NCBI RefSeq assembly: GCF_964355755.1
Contig: NC_092670.1
Coordinates: forward strand, 29,996,388 to 30,060,387
From: Antedon mediterranea
Taxonomy: Eukaryota; Animalia; Echinodermata
DNA: 64,000 nucleotides
Reading direction: 5' to 3'
Below are positions 50,287 to 63,229 of this stretch, one piece after another; positions within the stretch are counted from its first letter, which is position 1; each line of letters starts with the position of its first letter. The notes under the pieces were generated by a model. The model made no database searches and was not told where the DNA came from. It saw only the letters and a list, made by a program, of their open reading frames with translations. The position numbers were made by a program, and so were the translations under genes.

Positions 50287-51535
50287 AGTCTCAACGTTTA
50301 TTTTTCACCTTCATGAAAAACGAAAATTTGATTTCAAAAATATTTTGGGAAGGAGATGAATTTTTTCAATTTTATGATATAAATTCTTCTGCAATTTCAA
50401 TATTTTCTATAAAGCAATTTCTATAGAACTCTATAGAGCTATATAGAATCTATAAATTCTATAAAAATAAAACATTTCTATAGAAATTAGTATTATTGAC
50501 AGAATTATATTGAAACTTCTATATATAGAGTTCTATAAGAACTGTTTTGTTACAGTAGTATAAAAAAGTGGGTAACGTAAGCCTCCCACGGATATTTTTT
50601 CCTTGATATACCTTACCAATAACAACTCATCGGCTTATAATTATTATCAATAATATTATCACAAAAATTATGGCAATATAAATTACGGTGACTCGCACGA
50701 AACTTTGAAATGTTATAAGCATAATATAATAATTAAGGTTTTTCAATAATACCTATATAATTAACAATAATTGTTTTTTTAGTAAAAAAACATACTTTCG
50801 TAATCCTAAATTCCTATAATGTTACTGGTATTCATTGTATATGTATTTCCCCTTAGACAGTTCCCACTGACGATCGACTATTTATATAATATTATTGATT
50901 ATAATAAATATTAATTGATTGCACATGCCATGCTGCCTATTCTCTTGTCTTACCCATTTATGAATAAACCACACACGTAATCGATTATTACCAGAATATA
51001 GGCATACACATTGTATTGCTATTAATGCTAGAATATATTTATTTACTCTGATGAAGAAGTGTTTTTAAAGATAGGTATTAAATTCTCTATCAATGATAAA
51101 CAATTCAATGTAAATAATAATAATAAAAAAAGTTCAGTTGATTTACAAGTAAAAACATTAAAATAAAAGAAATAAAATATTGTGGAAATTCCAGTAACTA
51201 AACAATTCCATGTAATTGAAACACACATTTTTATTCCAAAGCCTAACCAATATGATTCATTTGCACTTTCTATAAAGATAACATTACATTTTATATGTTT
51301 AATTCATATTAAATCTTAATTTTACAGTCACATTATTATACTGTTATATAGCCTATTTCTTATACAATAACTTTTCGCATCCCAACTCGACGTGCTAGGC
51401 GCCCTTGAAATATGCGCCCATAGTCTCTCGCGTTTGATTGAAATATATATTTTTTATTTGCATTGATCGAATAGAATGTGTGATATCTTCCTACTACACT
51501 ATCTTTGCTGTACGTTATGTACGTTAGGTTACTTA

Positions 51536-52610
51536 CCCTTTTTACACTATCTACTGGAAGAAGAACACGAGTTGATCTCGGAGGAAATTTCCATTTACAC
51601 TAGACAAAAAACTGCGAGATGAACTCGAGCTGCGCCCATTTACACTACATTTATCACCCCGGTGCTGTCAATCAAATCAGTACTGCGAGCGCACGTCACA
51701 CGCGGAACTTAATTGACTACTATACGGTTTAAACGTTTAAAAACTGGAACATATCGACAAATCTCATATCAAAACATAATAATCCGAATTTACAAACAAT
51801 TTATTTAATTTTGCATGTAGTCCTGTGTTAGATTTTCTTTGTGGCTATTTGGATTAGGCCTATCATTTATTATTTTAAACATTAACAATTATTTTTCTTT
51901 TTAAAATGACTGTCTTGTAGACTGTATATACATTAACAAGGCCTTAAATGGTTAGATTGGCGTAAAAATAGGGTAGGTACGGTAAGTATTTAAAAAAAAT
52001 GTATTTATTAATTAGCATAACAATGTATCACTGAAGGAAAATTAATTATTGTATGGTACTTTTTCAGTTCCTATAAAAGATTATCATTTTCATCCATTGA
52101 GACGTCAGTATTATATTTTTTTTCCTTTTTCAATATCACATTATTTTAGGCTTTTAGGTAAGGTAGAATGCACACGAACAATTTAAATATTTTCAGCAGA
52201 AAAGAAAAATCACAAATGTTTTTGTGCCTTCAAAAGAAAATAACGAACATCACAATATATGGTAAAATTAATATTTTAAGCAAAAAAAAAAGGTATTTTA
52301 AACAAAAAACCTATTTTGTTTGCAAAATATATTGTATTTCTGTGATAATATGTTACATTTTCACGTCAATTACCTCGGTGTTGAACCACAAAAACCGTTT
52401 ACACTTCGTGTCTCCTGTGTAGATTCGACTACACCGGAGAAGGTACACCGGAAAACATTCAGCTTCGTTTCACCCCGGAGAGAGCACACCGGGGTGATTG
52501 GATTTTCCCATTTACACCAGTCAATAAAAACCACAACACTGGCGTTTAACGGCCTGGTGTACTAACAACTGCGGGGTTGCACCGCTGTTACAATGATAGT
52601 GTAAAAGGGG
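51536..52610. mobile_element. MITE, PIF/Harbinger-like termini
   Basis: TIR CCCTTTTTACACTATC ... GATAGTGTAAAAGGGG flanked by TA on both sides; repeated subterminal TTTACAC motifs; AT-rich non-coding centre. Confidence 0.65.
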
Positions 52611-54124
52611 TAGTAGTCGTATGCACCATGAACTCGAGTTGTTAATTTTTGCTATCAACTCCTTTAGATTTTATTATTTGAACTCATGGGTCGTAAGCTT
52701 GTATCGGATTACACACTTGGTCTTCTCGTAGCGTATGGGGTCTTTATCTCGTATCTTTTTTCTCTGCATCTGTACACACGTATATACGTAGAAACATAAT
52801 CGAAAATAAATATTTGCGATTTCTTGAATGTATTGTTTTTGCGGCATTTCTTTAGTTAAATGAAAGTTGATGAACCGTACGGTGTGGTCAAAGGCGAAAC
52901 ATAATGGTACCATTTTTTTTTTGTAATTTGATGTTTTCTTTTATACTATTGAAATAATCTTTGGAAGTTTACAGTAGTTTTCAAATTGAATTTTTCTAAG
53001 TAAAGCAATACCATTTTACCATAGTGTATTTAAACTAAATCAACTAAATGGTATTAAAACTATGCTAAAATAATTTTAATATTCAAATCATTTAACTAAA
53101 TAATTTATTTATTGTAAACTCTGTGCAGGGATTTGTAATTAGAGTTGATAAAATCGATGTGACTCCATCTAATTACAACTCCCTGCTCTGTGTTTTATGT
53201 ATTTTTTTTAAACTTGTACTGTAGGCCTATTGCAACTCAGTTTATCTTCGGATCCAAACTTGCAATATTTTTTTTTATACTTGAATAAATTTTATTTTAT
53301 TTTATTTTTTATTTTATTCAATCAAAACCAACAGCGATAAATACTGCCACTAACAGGTTTTAAACATAAAACAATACAACATCAAAAACGGTTAACAATA
53401 AAATACAGATAAAATAAATATAAATAAATGAATAATTAAAAGGTGATATATGTAGAAATGATTTAATCGAAATAATGGCTTCTTATAGGTGGCTTCTATC
53501 AAGATAGAAGAGGAGTTATTGAAAGAAATAATTACACAGAAACCTGTCAAAAATGTCCTATTGGAAGTTTTTCAGATAATGCAGGGGCAGTGTCTATTGC
53601 CGATTGCCAGACATGTCCATCCGGAACTAATACAAGCACAGTTGCCAATTTAAATGCTTGCTATTGTCTTGACAATTTCTATCGAACGAATCGCTTTGGA
53701 CCATGCTTTCCCTGCCCGGAAGGTGTTAACTGTGAAGGAAGATACCAAAATCTAACAAAGGGTTATTGGTGGTCATGGGAGTTCAAAGAAAATTGTAGTG
53801 TAGTTGAAGAACAAAACAAAACTCCATGTTTATCTGAATACACAGCATTTATAACTAAACTAAAAACTGACACATTTCTAATTGATAACCCAAACGAACT
53901 AAAAGATGCTGTATACAAAGGTCCGTTACCAAAAGTATATCCGTGTCCATTTGGAGAAAAGAGTTGTAATATTAGACGGAATTTGAAGGACACATGTGCC
54001 GAAGGATATACAGGCTGGTTCTGTGCGGCATGTTCAAGTGGATTCAATGAATGTCACAAATGCCAAGGGCCAGCTGTAACTATAATCACATTTGTTAGTG
54101 TTTGCTTTGCAATGTTTGGAGTGA

Positions 54125-54953
54125 TTTTTAGTCGCGTGGACGCGACTCTATAGTTCACTATGTCGGTCGGTCTGTCTGTCTGTCTGTTGGTCTGTCTGTC
54201 GGTCTGTCTGTCTGTCGGTCTGTCGGTCCGGTATCACTATGCGTTTTATCGCTTTCTGACCTTATCTTGATATCAGTTTAATCTAGCTAGGTCAATTTTT
54301 CACAGTATATTCCTTATGGCCAGGAATCGATGTGGTTATGTTTTCACGGTGCGCAATAAAACATTACGCGGTCTACGCACGATTTAACGAAATCACGTTT
54401 GTAATCATATCTTCACAACCATGAATCACAATTAAATAAAATTTGGTACTCATAAATTTCAGGGCATAAATCATCATATGGCAATACAATTACGTGCGTA
54501 GCGCATGTAACGCATGCGTACGCGCGCTTAAAATTTTCAAAATTTATTTTCGATGAAATAAGAATACGTTTCAGGCAATTTTAAGCGTTTACAAAATTGC
54601 CATGAGTGCACATATTTTTGTGCGCACACTACGCGTTAAATGTTATTGCGCACTCTTTTTGCCCGATTTCTGTTTTCTTGACTTACTTTTCAACTCGAAA
54701 TTACGTTATACGAGCACATCAAAAGTGACAGGCTACGCACGTGTAAATTAAAAAAATATAAATGTTTTTAAACATTTCAACATTTTTAAACATGTTTAGT
54801 AATTTCGGTCAGTATAGTTCACTATGTCGGTCGGTCAGTCGGTCTGTCGGTCTGTCGGTCTGTCTGTCGGTCTGTCTGTCGGTCTGTCGGTCTGTCTGTC
54901 GGTCGGTATCACTATGCATTGTAGCACGCGACTTAATGGCTGTTGGCCTTGTT
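54125..54953 (+). mobile_element. Helentron-associated repeat copy 4, inserted in gene B first TM helix
   Basis: Full-length copy splits GTG ATT TTT | CTT ATA TGG, which aligns with GTG CTT TTC TTT TTA TGG of gene A. Confidence 0.9.
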
Positions 54954-56744
54954 CTTATATGGAGAACGCAGCAACGAAATGTAGATAACCGAAACATCAA
55001 CCTAGATTCATTTGTAACATATTTAAAAATTGCTATTAATTTCTATCAGGTTTTAGGTATACTATCAGAAGTAACCGAAATCCATTGGCCTAAAAACTTT
55101 GAGTATGCTGGACGAATACTTCAATATTTGACGTCATAAGATATATTAGTATGTTAAGTCCAAGATGTTTGCATGAAACTTGGAATGCGTATTACTCACT
55201 TCGCATTGCTATGGCTACACCCCCCTTGTCATAGTTTTAACCATGTTTACAGTTTACTTTATTCGTTGTATTTGGAATAAATGTCATGGAGCGATAACTC
55301 AGAACTGGATACGTGACAGATGTATTGTTATGTCAATGTTACTTCTTTACCTTACGTATGCAAATACATGTGCTGATATCGTGGCGGTGGGGCCGTGGTC
55401 AATTCGGGTATTTAACGTCACAGCAGACGGCAAGATCAATAAACCAGTACTAACGTCAGACTACTCAATTGATATGGACCAACATGGTGGATCTACATAT
55501 CAAACAAAACACTTGTTTACGTTGCTTTAACATACATCATTGGCTTTACATTGGTCATAGTGATTATGCTATACTGTAAACATGTACGTTGTACTCAGCG
55601 TGAACAAAACAATGGTCAAGGATGGATGATTGGAGTCCGATTCTTTTGTGGACAATATAAACAAGCATATTGGTTTTGGGAATCATTTGAACTGTACAAT
55701 AAGGCTCTGTTGGCACTTATTGCAAACTTAAAGGATGACGTGTCCTCAAGCATGTCATACTCTCTGTGTTCTACCGTCATCTTTATTGTATTGCATTTGT
55801 ACCTTCAACCAATGAAAGAGAAGTCAGAGCAGAGATTCCAATTGTTGACTCTTGTTTTCATCGTTGTCAATCTATCCATTGGGGTGATCGTAAACATGGA
55901 TGAAAGTTTCAGTGAAGATGACGTCATTGGTTTACTTCACAAGCTTACCTCTGTCATTCTAATAATGTTGAACGTGTCTATCATGCTCGCTGTAATTGGT
56001 AAGAATAATGTAATTATTGTATATTATATATACTGCTCTATGTAATGTATGTCCAGGGTGCAGTATTTTTTTTCCTATGCAATCATATAAATAATTCATT
56101 ACATAAATTATTTTCTATTATAAACAATTGGAAGATAGCTGACCTACTTCCTAACTATACTAAGCCTAAATAATTTCTCTCAGCTATTAAAAAAAATAAT
56201 ATGTTCTTGAAAGACCTCGAACCGAGTGCTCCAGTTTAATAGGTTAAAGCCTTTTACCACTAGACCAAACATTTCGGTTGGCAAACGGTGTTTACACATA
56301 TTATTTAATCTCTCTGCATGCTTATTATAGTGCCCTCTATAATGTCCCATATTATGTCATAATTATTCTAATGAATTATTCATGATTTCTGCATTAATTG
56401 CATTGGAAAAAAAAATAATGCGTCCAGGGTAATAGCAATTTGGTAAAATTCCTGATAGTTAAAAACGTGCGTACGTACTGTATTATCTTTGTTTTTCTTT
56501 TTAGTTGATTTTGTTAAGAAACTTAAAACCAACTGCTATCTTCAAGAGAGTGGGATAAGATTCCTTCGAATCGATGATGATGATGATGACCCAGAAGAAT
56601 CCCTGATTGATGGAAATAATATTATATAATATAAGTTTATTTATCGTTTGCTTTTTGTGGGTTTCTTTTTACCTGCGTGGTAACAAGTGAAAGTCTTATA
56701 TAAGAGTTGTTTTTGTCATTCGTAGGTTGTTATTTTTATTCCAT

Positions 56745-57100
56745 GGGATAGCGACACTTTAACACCCTCAGTGTAATACGGCGGAACAGTATTATTTCTC
56801 AATTGTACACACGCGCAACAGAAATTTGCCACTTATCACCTATCCACTTTCAGTTATTAGTTCACAAATCGAGATCTCCGAAGAGATACTATAGACTATG
56901 CATTAACAGACACGGAATGCATTTTAATTTATACGGTGATATACTGAAAATGTAATTAATTTAAAACAATGTAGTGGAAAAAATAAGAAAACCACACCAC
57001 AACCAAGATTTGAACTCGAAACTGTCTGTTTGATATGAAGATAACCTAACCAGTCCACTGGGACTTTTGGGATACTGTTCCAATTTGATTGGGTAGCGAA
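56745..57100 (-). repeat. Diverged family B repeat
   Basis: GGATAGCGACACTTTAACA..GGCGGAACAG, GATCTCCGAAGAGATAC, CGGTGATATACTGAAA and a decayed tRNA-like part, permuted as in a tandem junction. Confidence 0.7.
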
Positions 57101-57286
57101 TAGTCTGAATTCAAATATTGTTGTATTGAATAGCTACGATCTTGAAACCAGAAGACGTTTGCTCACATTTTAAAACGTCAGAAATATAATCATACTGTAG
57201 GTTTAAATGTAATCAGATAGATAAAGACCCAAATTAAAATTTGAAGAATGTCCATCTGGTTTCGCTATTCTTTGTTTTTTTTTAGG

Positions 57287-57399
57287 TTTTTAGTCGCGTG
57301 GACGCGACTCTATAGTTCACTATGACGGTCGGTCGGTCTGTCTGTCGGTCCGGTATCACTATGCGTTTTAGCACGCGACTTATGACTGTTGGCCTTGTT
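57287..57399 (+). mobile_element. Minimal (about 113 bp) Helentron-associated repeat
   Basis: Both termini and one (GTCY)n block only; central 700 bp absent. Confidence 0.8.
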
Positions 57400-58118
57400 G
57401 AATACTAATTTCCTTGTTGTATTCGCATTGTTACTGTAGGCTTATGTATTAATATTTTAGATATAACATTATTCAGTTTATTTTGTTTTTACAATTCTAT
57501 TATAATTTTACTAGCTTCTTCTTTTCTTCACATTTCTATTATAATAAAGAAACATACATTTGCACAAATACAAAATACTTTTGACTTAAATACTAAGTAA
57601 GTCTGTATTATTGTTCTCATTGAATATTATTAGAAAATCAGTGATGTTTTCAGTGTAATAATTATTATGTATAAAATTCAAATTGCGGTCTAATACTTTT
57701 ACATTAAACAGATGTACTTCTAACTGGTGAGATACAAGTTTAAAAAAACAGCATATGTACCCTATGCAACTCTAAATCCAATAAATGAATAAGATATTAG
57801 ACTTTCTTTTTTTCATGTCCTGCGATCCAGAATAGTAGACTGGAGGAATTGCAGAGTCTATCGAATGCAATTGATGTTTGGTACCAATTTAATTTAATAA
57901 TGGAACAATAGACCAAGAATTAATGAATGTTCTTGGTTCGCCTGTGCATTCGATTATTTTGTAAAGGTTTCACCAAACGGGTATAGAAAAAGAGAAGTGA
58001 AAGAAACAATGAAAATGCTCTGTTTTATAAAATCCTGAATTACTTTGTTAATGCTTAAAAAAAAATGTGTACATAATTTAGTTCAACTTTCCTTGTAAAT
58101 AGGCTTATTCCTAAATAA

Positions 58119-58246
58119 TTTTTAGTCGCGTGGACGTCGCGTGGACGCGACTCTATAGTTCACTATATCGGTCGGTCTGTCGGTCTGTCTGTCGGTCCGG
58201 TATCACTATGCGTTTTAGCACGCGACTTATGGCTGTTGGCCTTGTT
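58119..58246 (+). mobile_element. Minimal Helentron-associated repeat with 12-bp duplication at the 5' end
   Basis: TTTTTAGTCGCGTGGACGTCGCGTGGACGCGACT...CACGCGACTTATGGCTGTTGGCCTTGTT. Confidence 0.8.
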
Positions 58247-58302
58247 TTCTTTAACTTTTATTTTAATTTACTCTGCTGGAAGCACCTTCATCACAGAAGT
58301 GT

Positions 58303-58866
58303 GCCACTGCTTCAAAAGTATAGCTTCACTTTTGACGTGCTCGTATAACGTAATTTCGAGTTGAAAAGTAAGTCAAGAAAACAGAAATCGGGCAAAAAGA
58401 GTGCGCAATAACATTTAACGCGCAGTGCGCGCGCAAAAATCTGCACACTCATGGCAATTTTGTAAACGCTTAAAATTGCCTGAAACGTACTCTTATTATT
58501 TCATCGAAAATAAATTGTGAAAATTTTAAGCGCGCGTACGCATGCGTTACATGCGCTACGCACGTAATTGTATTGCCATATGATGATTTATGCCCTGAAA
58601 TGTATGAGTACCAAATTTTATTTAATTGTGATTCATGGTTGTTAAGATATGATTACAAACGTGATTTCGTTAAATCGTGCGTAGACCGCGTAATTTTTTA
58701 TTGCGCACCGTGAAAACATAACCACATCGATTCCTGGCCATAAGGATATCAAGATAAGGTCAGAAAGCGATAAAACGCATAGTGATACCGTACCGACAGA
58801 CAGACCGACAGACCGACCGACCGACCGACATAGTGAACTATAGAGTCGCGTCCACGAGACTAAAAA
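58303..58866 (-). mobile_element. Helentron-associated repeat, 3'-truncated minus-strand copy
   Basis: Reverse complement of about 123-735 with an internal deletion of about 40 bp. Confidence 0.8.
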
Positions 58867-60889
58867 CGGGGGAAAAAAATTATTTCACCTATAAAAAGAC
58901 AAAATAAACAGTTAAATTACCCAAAAACTCATTGTCTTCCAGAAAATTTGACCATTTTTTGCTTTAAATTACATTTTTCTCAGGTAAATACATTTTTTCA
59001 GACCCAATTTTTTGTGAGAGTGAATAACTATTATGTGACATTAAAATAACATATTTAACAAAAAAATTAAAAAAAACATTTTTTTAGGGGGACAATATAT
59101 CTTTAATGATGAAATTATTATTATGAATGTATTTGATTGATTAATAATGATAAAAAAGCTACATTATTATAAGGGTTTATTTAAAAGAAAGGCGTTTAAT
59201 AAAAACTATTTATAATATACTTTTTAAGGTTATTCATTTTTTGCCTCTTTTTGTTGTAAACAGAGATAGCAAAATACGAAGCATCATTGTAATATGTTAC
59301 ATTACACTGGATTAAAGTTGTCTAATTACAGACGTAAACGAAAAGTGTACCAACTGGTTTGATATCATTTAAGTAAAATATATAGGCATAAAACGTGGCC
59401 AGCGTGGTTCCAATTACAACATGAAAATACCCGGTAAATCACAATCGATTTCATAAATTTGCACTACAAAATGTATTGATCTAATGTTTAAAGTGCAATG
59501 TCGATTTTTAAACAGTATACTTCCGAAAGTTTCGCATTTCGGTTTTAGGAAGCACAGTTATGGAATGCAATTTCAGTTGTCATTCGAAGTCCTAGTTCTA
59601 GAAATGTTAAATTCAATTTAAACATTTCTTTGTTATTTTATAATTATATTATTCCTAAATTGGACTATCTTCTATCTAAATATGTGTTAATAATCAGGTG
59701 AAGATCACAATAAAATCTAAAAAATCGTGTCAAAACACATTATGGAAAGAACTGACAACAGGCAGAAACGGGTGTGTTGGTAGGTCTAAGACGACATTAG
59801 CACTTTTAGTAGTAGTTAGTACATTGCCTAGGAGAATCAGGGAAATGCCCATAACTTTTTCGGCCCAATGTATCCAGGGCGTGTAAACGTCTCAATTTTT
59901 AGGATAAAAGGCTCAATCTTAATATCTTGATTGTATATTTACATTTCTGTCGTAATTTTCAAGATTTTAAAAATAAATAATCATGTATTATAATGCCTAC
60001 TCGTACTATTTCAATTATATATTGCTGTGGCGTAAAATAATCCATATGCCATCTACTCGGAAAGTTTCACCTACATTGCATTGTCGATTATTCAACAGAA
60101 GAAAAATAAAAGATAGAACCAATACATTTAGAAACGTTAGTATATTGTGTTATATAACATTTAAATAAATTCATGTCATTTAATTGAACGAGTATGGGTC
60201 ACAAGTCCTGCAAAAATGCGCACTATTTATCGATCGTTAAAAAGTACTTGTTTTCATTGTTTCAATGTTAATCAAATGTAGGTCTACCTTTTATTCAATC
60301 TGATTGATTCAAATGACAGGAATCGATTTAGTTGTTATATAAACAAGTAATGAATGTTTTTATTTGTAGAATGGTACATAATAATGTCATTCGGTCAATG
60401 ATGAAAGATTATTTTACCTTTTACCTTATTACCTTTACCTCATTATTTGTACCATTCTACTCATAAATATTTAAATATTAATTGATTGTATAATATTCAA
60501 TAAGGCATAATCAAAGACACATATTAACAGTATTTCAGTATTAGTATACGGTAGCCAACCAACGGAAAGCCTCTTTGACAGAAACGTCTCATCAGAGTCT
60601 GAATCGTCCTGTGACGAAATGATCATGTGCGTCAATTAACCTGCGATGTTCATATTTACGAGGCATAGACGAGCACAATGGAAAAACTTTGGCTTGGATT
60701 CCTACCTGATCTATCTCAGATGTACCGCGAAATGTAGATTTCCGGGTTAACGATGAGTCCACGTTTACACCTTGCAACTTCCTTGGTTGGTTGCGATAGC
60801 CATTTAAGTGTTTTGTTTATTTTCGGACCACGCGTGTGAAGGTGCAGTGGTAAAATAAAAATTATACTGCAAATTAATAAAGATCAAAT

Positions 60890-62857
60890 TAAATACGCAC
60901 CATAAAGAATCGGAGTATATTTTGGGGAATAGTATATATAAATTACATAGGGAGACCAAATGATGAAACCCCGATAGCCGAGTTATTGAGCAGGCTGGCA
61001 GGAATAACTGTGGCCTATCTGTGTTCCGTTAGCGATTTTTTTTTTCGTACATAAGTTGGGGACCCCATCATGAAACGTCACAAAATAAACATGAATAATT
61101 CATCAGTTAAATTTTCTTGTTCCGTGTGCACCCAAGCGTATAGCAACAAGAAGTGATTACACAAGTGCGGTACGATTCTAGGCCTATCTCCGCTGTGGTT
61201 GCCGCGTGCGATTTCATAATAGAATAGCGGAGTTTTGTGTGGATTGTCAAAATAATCAGCCTTTAGTTTATGGTGTTTTTAATATAGTTTATTACTAAAG
61301 AATTACGTGTTAAAATTATAGTTTCTATTGATACTATTAGGCCTAATTACTAGTCTCTAAACCCCTGTATATTCTAGTAGTAGCTGTGTGGGTGTGTGTG
61401 ACTTGTGTCTTTGGGCTATGTCCAATTACTACTTAGTTTAATGTTTTGCCTAGCTGTCGATTAGCCTCGACACATTTTGCATAGTGGACGTGTGTGTGAA
61501 GAAGAGTGCGCGAAGGCAATCACGTGAATTGACCTAGAATCCTAGGCCTATTATTGTAGAAAGAATCGTATCGCAGTTGTTGTTCCGTGTGCACCCACAA
61601 GCGTTCTTGAACATAGCCCAAAGAAAGCTTAGACCCACAAGAATAAAGAATGTGTTTAATTTGTGTACTGTATTTTTTAAATTCTGCTATCAATTATCAA
61701 ACAATATGCAATGTACTCAAAGGAACTTTAAAAATGCGCGTATATGAACACATGAGATGGGAAGATTTGACCCACGAGAATAAAAAATGTATTTTTGTGT
61801 AATGTTTATTGTTTAATTTTGCTGACTTATTACTCGGATTGTGTCATACCAAAGATAGTGTAACTATTACCAAAGATAGTGTAACTATCTTTGGTCATAC
61901 CTAACACACACACACGTCACACACATCCACACAGCAACTACTAGAATAGACATGGGTTTAGAGACTAATAATTAGGCCTAATAGTATTAATGGAAACTAT
62001 AATTTTAACACGTAATTCTTTAGTAATAAATTATATTAAAAACACCATAAACTAAAGGCCGATTATTTCGACAATCCACACAAAACGCCGCTATTCTTCA
62101 ACAGCGGAGATAGGCCTAGAATCGTACCGCACTTGTGTAAACACTTCTTGTTGCTATACGCTTGGGTGCACACGGAACAAGAAAATTTAACTGATGAATT
62201 ATTCATGTTTATTGTGTGACGTTTCATGAGGGGGTCCCCAACTTATGTACGAAAAAAAAAATCGCGTTCCGTTAGGACCATGAGATACTTCTGCCAATGT
62301 TGCAAACCGTCTAACGCGTCTTCCTTTTTAGGCTGAAACGGCCCACTCCGTCGCGGAAGTCAAAAGATGTATAAACTAATAATGTATTAATCATACCAAT
62401 TAGAATTTATTTTTATAATTTTTTTTTTTATTTATTTCTCTCCCAATAAAATATCACTTAGAATAATAATTATACTTTTTGTAGTATATTTTATCGGACT
62501 GTTATCTACATTTTGTTAGTCTTACAACTTTCATATCTATTAGAGGATTTTATTGGATTGTAAATTCTCTCGAATAAGCACCTCCCTATAAATGAACTCC
62601 GCCTCCTCACCTCCGCCCTACAAAGGGCTCTACCAAACCATAAACACTATACTTTAAAATGTTATTAATCATCTAAGACATTGTGAAACAAAGTAGGTTT
62701 TGTTTTACGAATATCAAGAATTTCAATAAATGATAACCGACAGAAAACGTCGAAGCCAGAACGTCCTTCTAAAATTGTTTACTCGAGTCGAGTCATTCCG
62801 AGAACCATCGTCTTCACTTCCTAGACGGGGAGCAAGCGAAGCGAGCTCACCTTCTAG
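60890..62857 (+). mobile_element. Helitron-like non-autonomous repeat, interrupted by a MULE-like element
   Basis: Matches 17595-18375; ends GAGCAAGCGAAGCGAGCTC (hairpin) ACCTTCTAG|T, the hairpin-plus-CTAG arrangement typical of Helitron 3' ends. 5' end not defined. Confidence 0.5.
61032..62265. mobile_element. Non-autonomous Mutator-like (MULE) foldback element
   Basis: Inverted arms of about 370 bp (GCGATTTTTTTTTTCGTACATAAGTTGGGGACCCC...), 9-bp TSD GTTCCGTTA at 61023-61031 and 62266-62274; the paralogous site near 17752 has one copy (GTCCCGTTA). Confidence 0.88.
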
Positions 62858-63229
62858 TTATTATAATTTTCAAAAGCTATCGTGTATACTTACTAGAAGG
62901 TGAGTGTCTGAAGTAATCCAAATGGCATTGTAGCCAGATGATTTCTTTTTAACCGGTTCATTTCAGGTAACAAAGGGCAATGCATAAAATCCATGTAGTA
63001 GGGAAGTTACATCATGTAACCGTATGTACTAGTTAAATGCAGGAAACTTAATCTTAAGTTGATATGATAGTCTCTAGTGTTATGTTGTAGTATACATTGT
63101 ATAGCTTACAGTTGGATAATTTTTTTACAGTAGTAAAACAAATGTCATAATATAACGCTTTGAAAATGCATTGTTGATGTACAAAATGTGGGTTGATCCC
63201 TAGATGTTAACATTAATTACATAGGCATG

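Larger units (their letters stand above)
24733..56629 (+). pseudogene. Gene B: disrupted tandem paralog of gene A (signal peptide-LRRNT-LRRs-Cys-rich-multipass TM)
   Basis: Exons 24733-24932 (signal peptide + CECTERTRTVNCSYRGLNEWPVGIP LRRNT), 25179-25250 (donor reads ATAAC, no GT), 25392-25451, 26209-26277, 39639-39710, 39846-39914, 47395-47472, 47705-47776, 48346-48414, 48722-48793, 53489-55998 (HINE insertion; frameshifts near 55127, 55222 and 55503; 12-nt deletion near 54042), 56505-56629. No counterparts of gene A exons 6516-16896 found. Confidence 0.88.

Noticed and set aside
60553-60795. Possible small MITE (AGCCAACCAACGGAA...TTCCTTGGTTGGTT)
   Set aside because: Inverted match is short and imperfect, no TSD and no second copy in the window.
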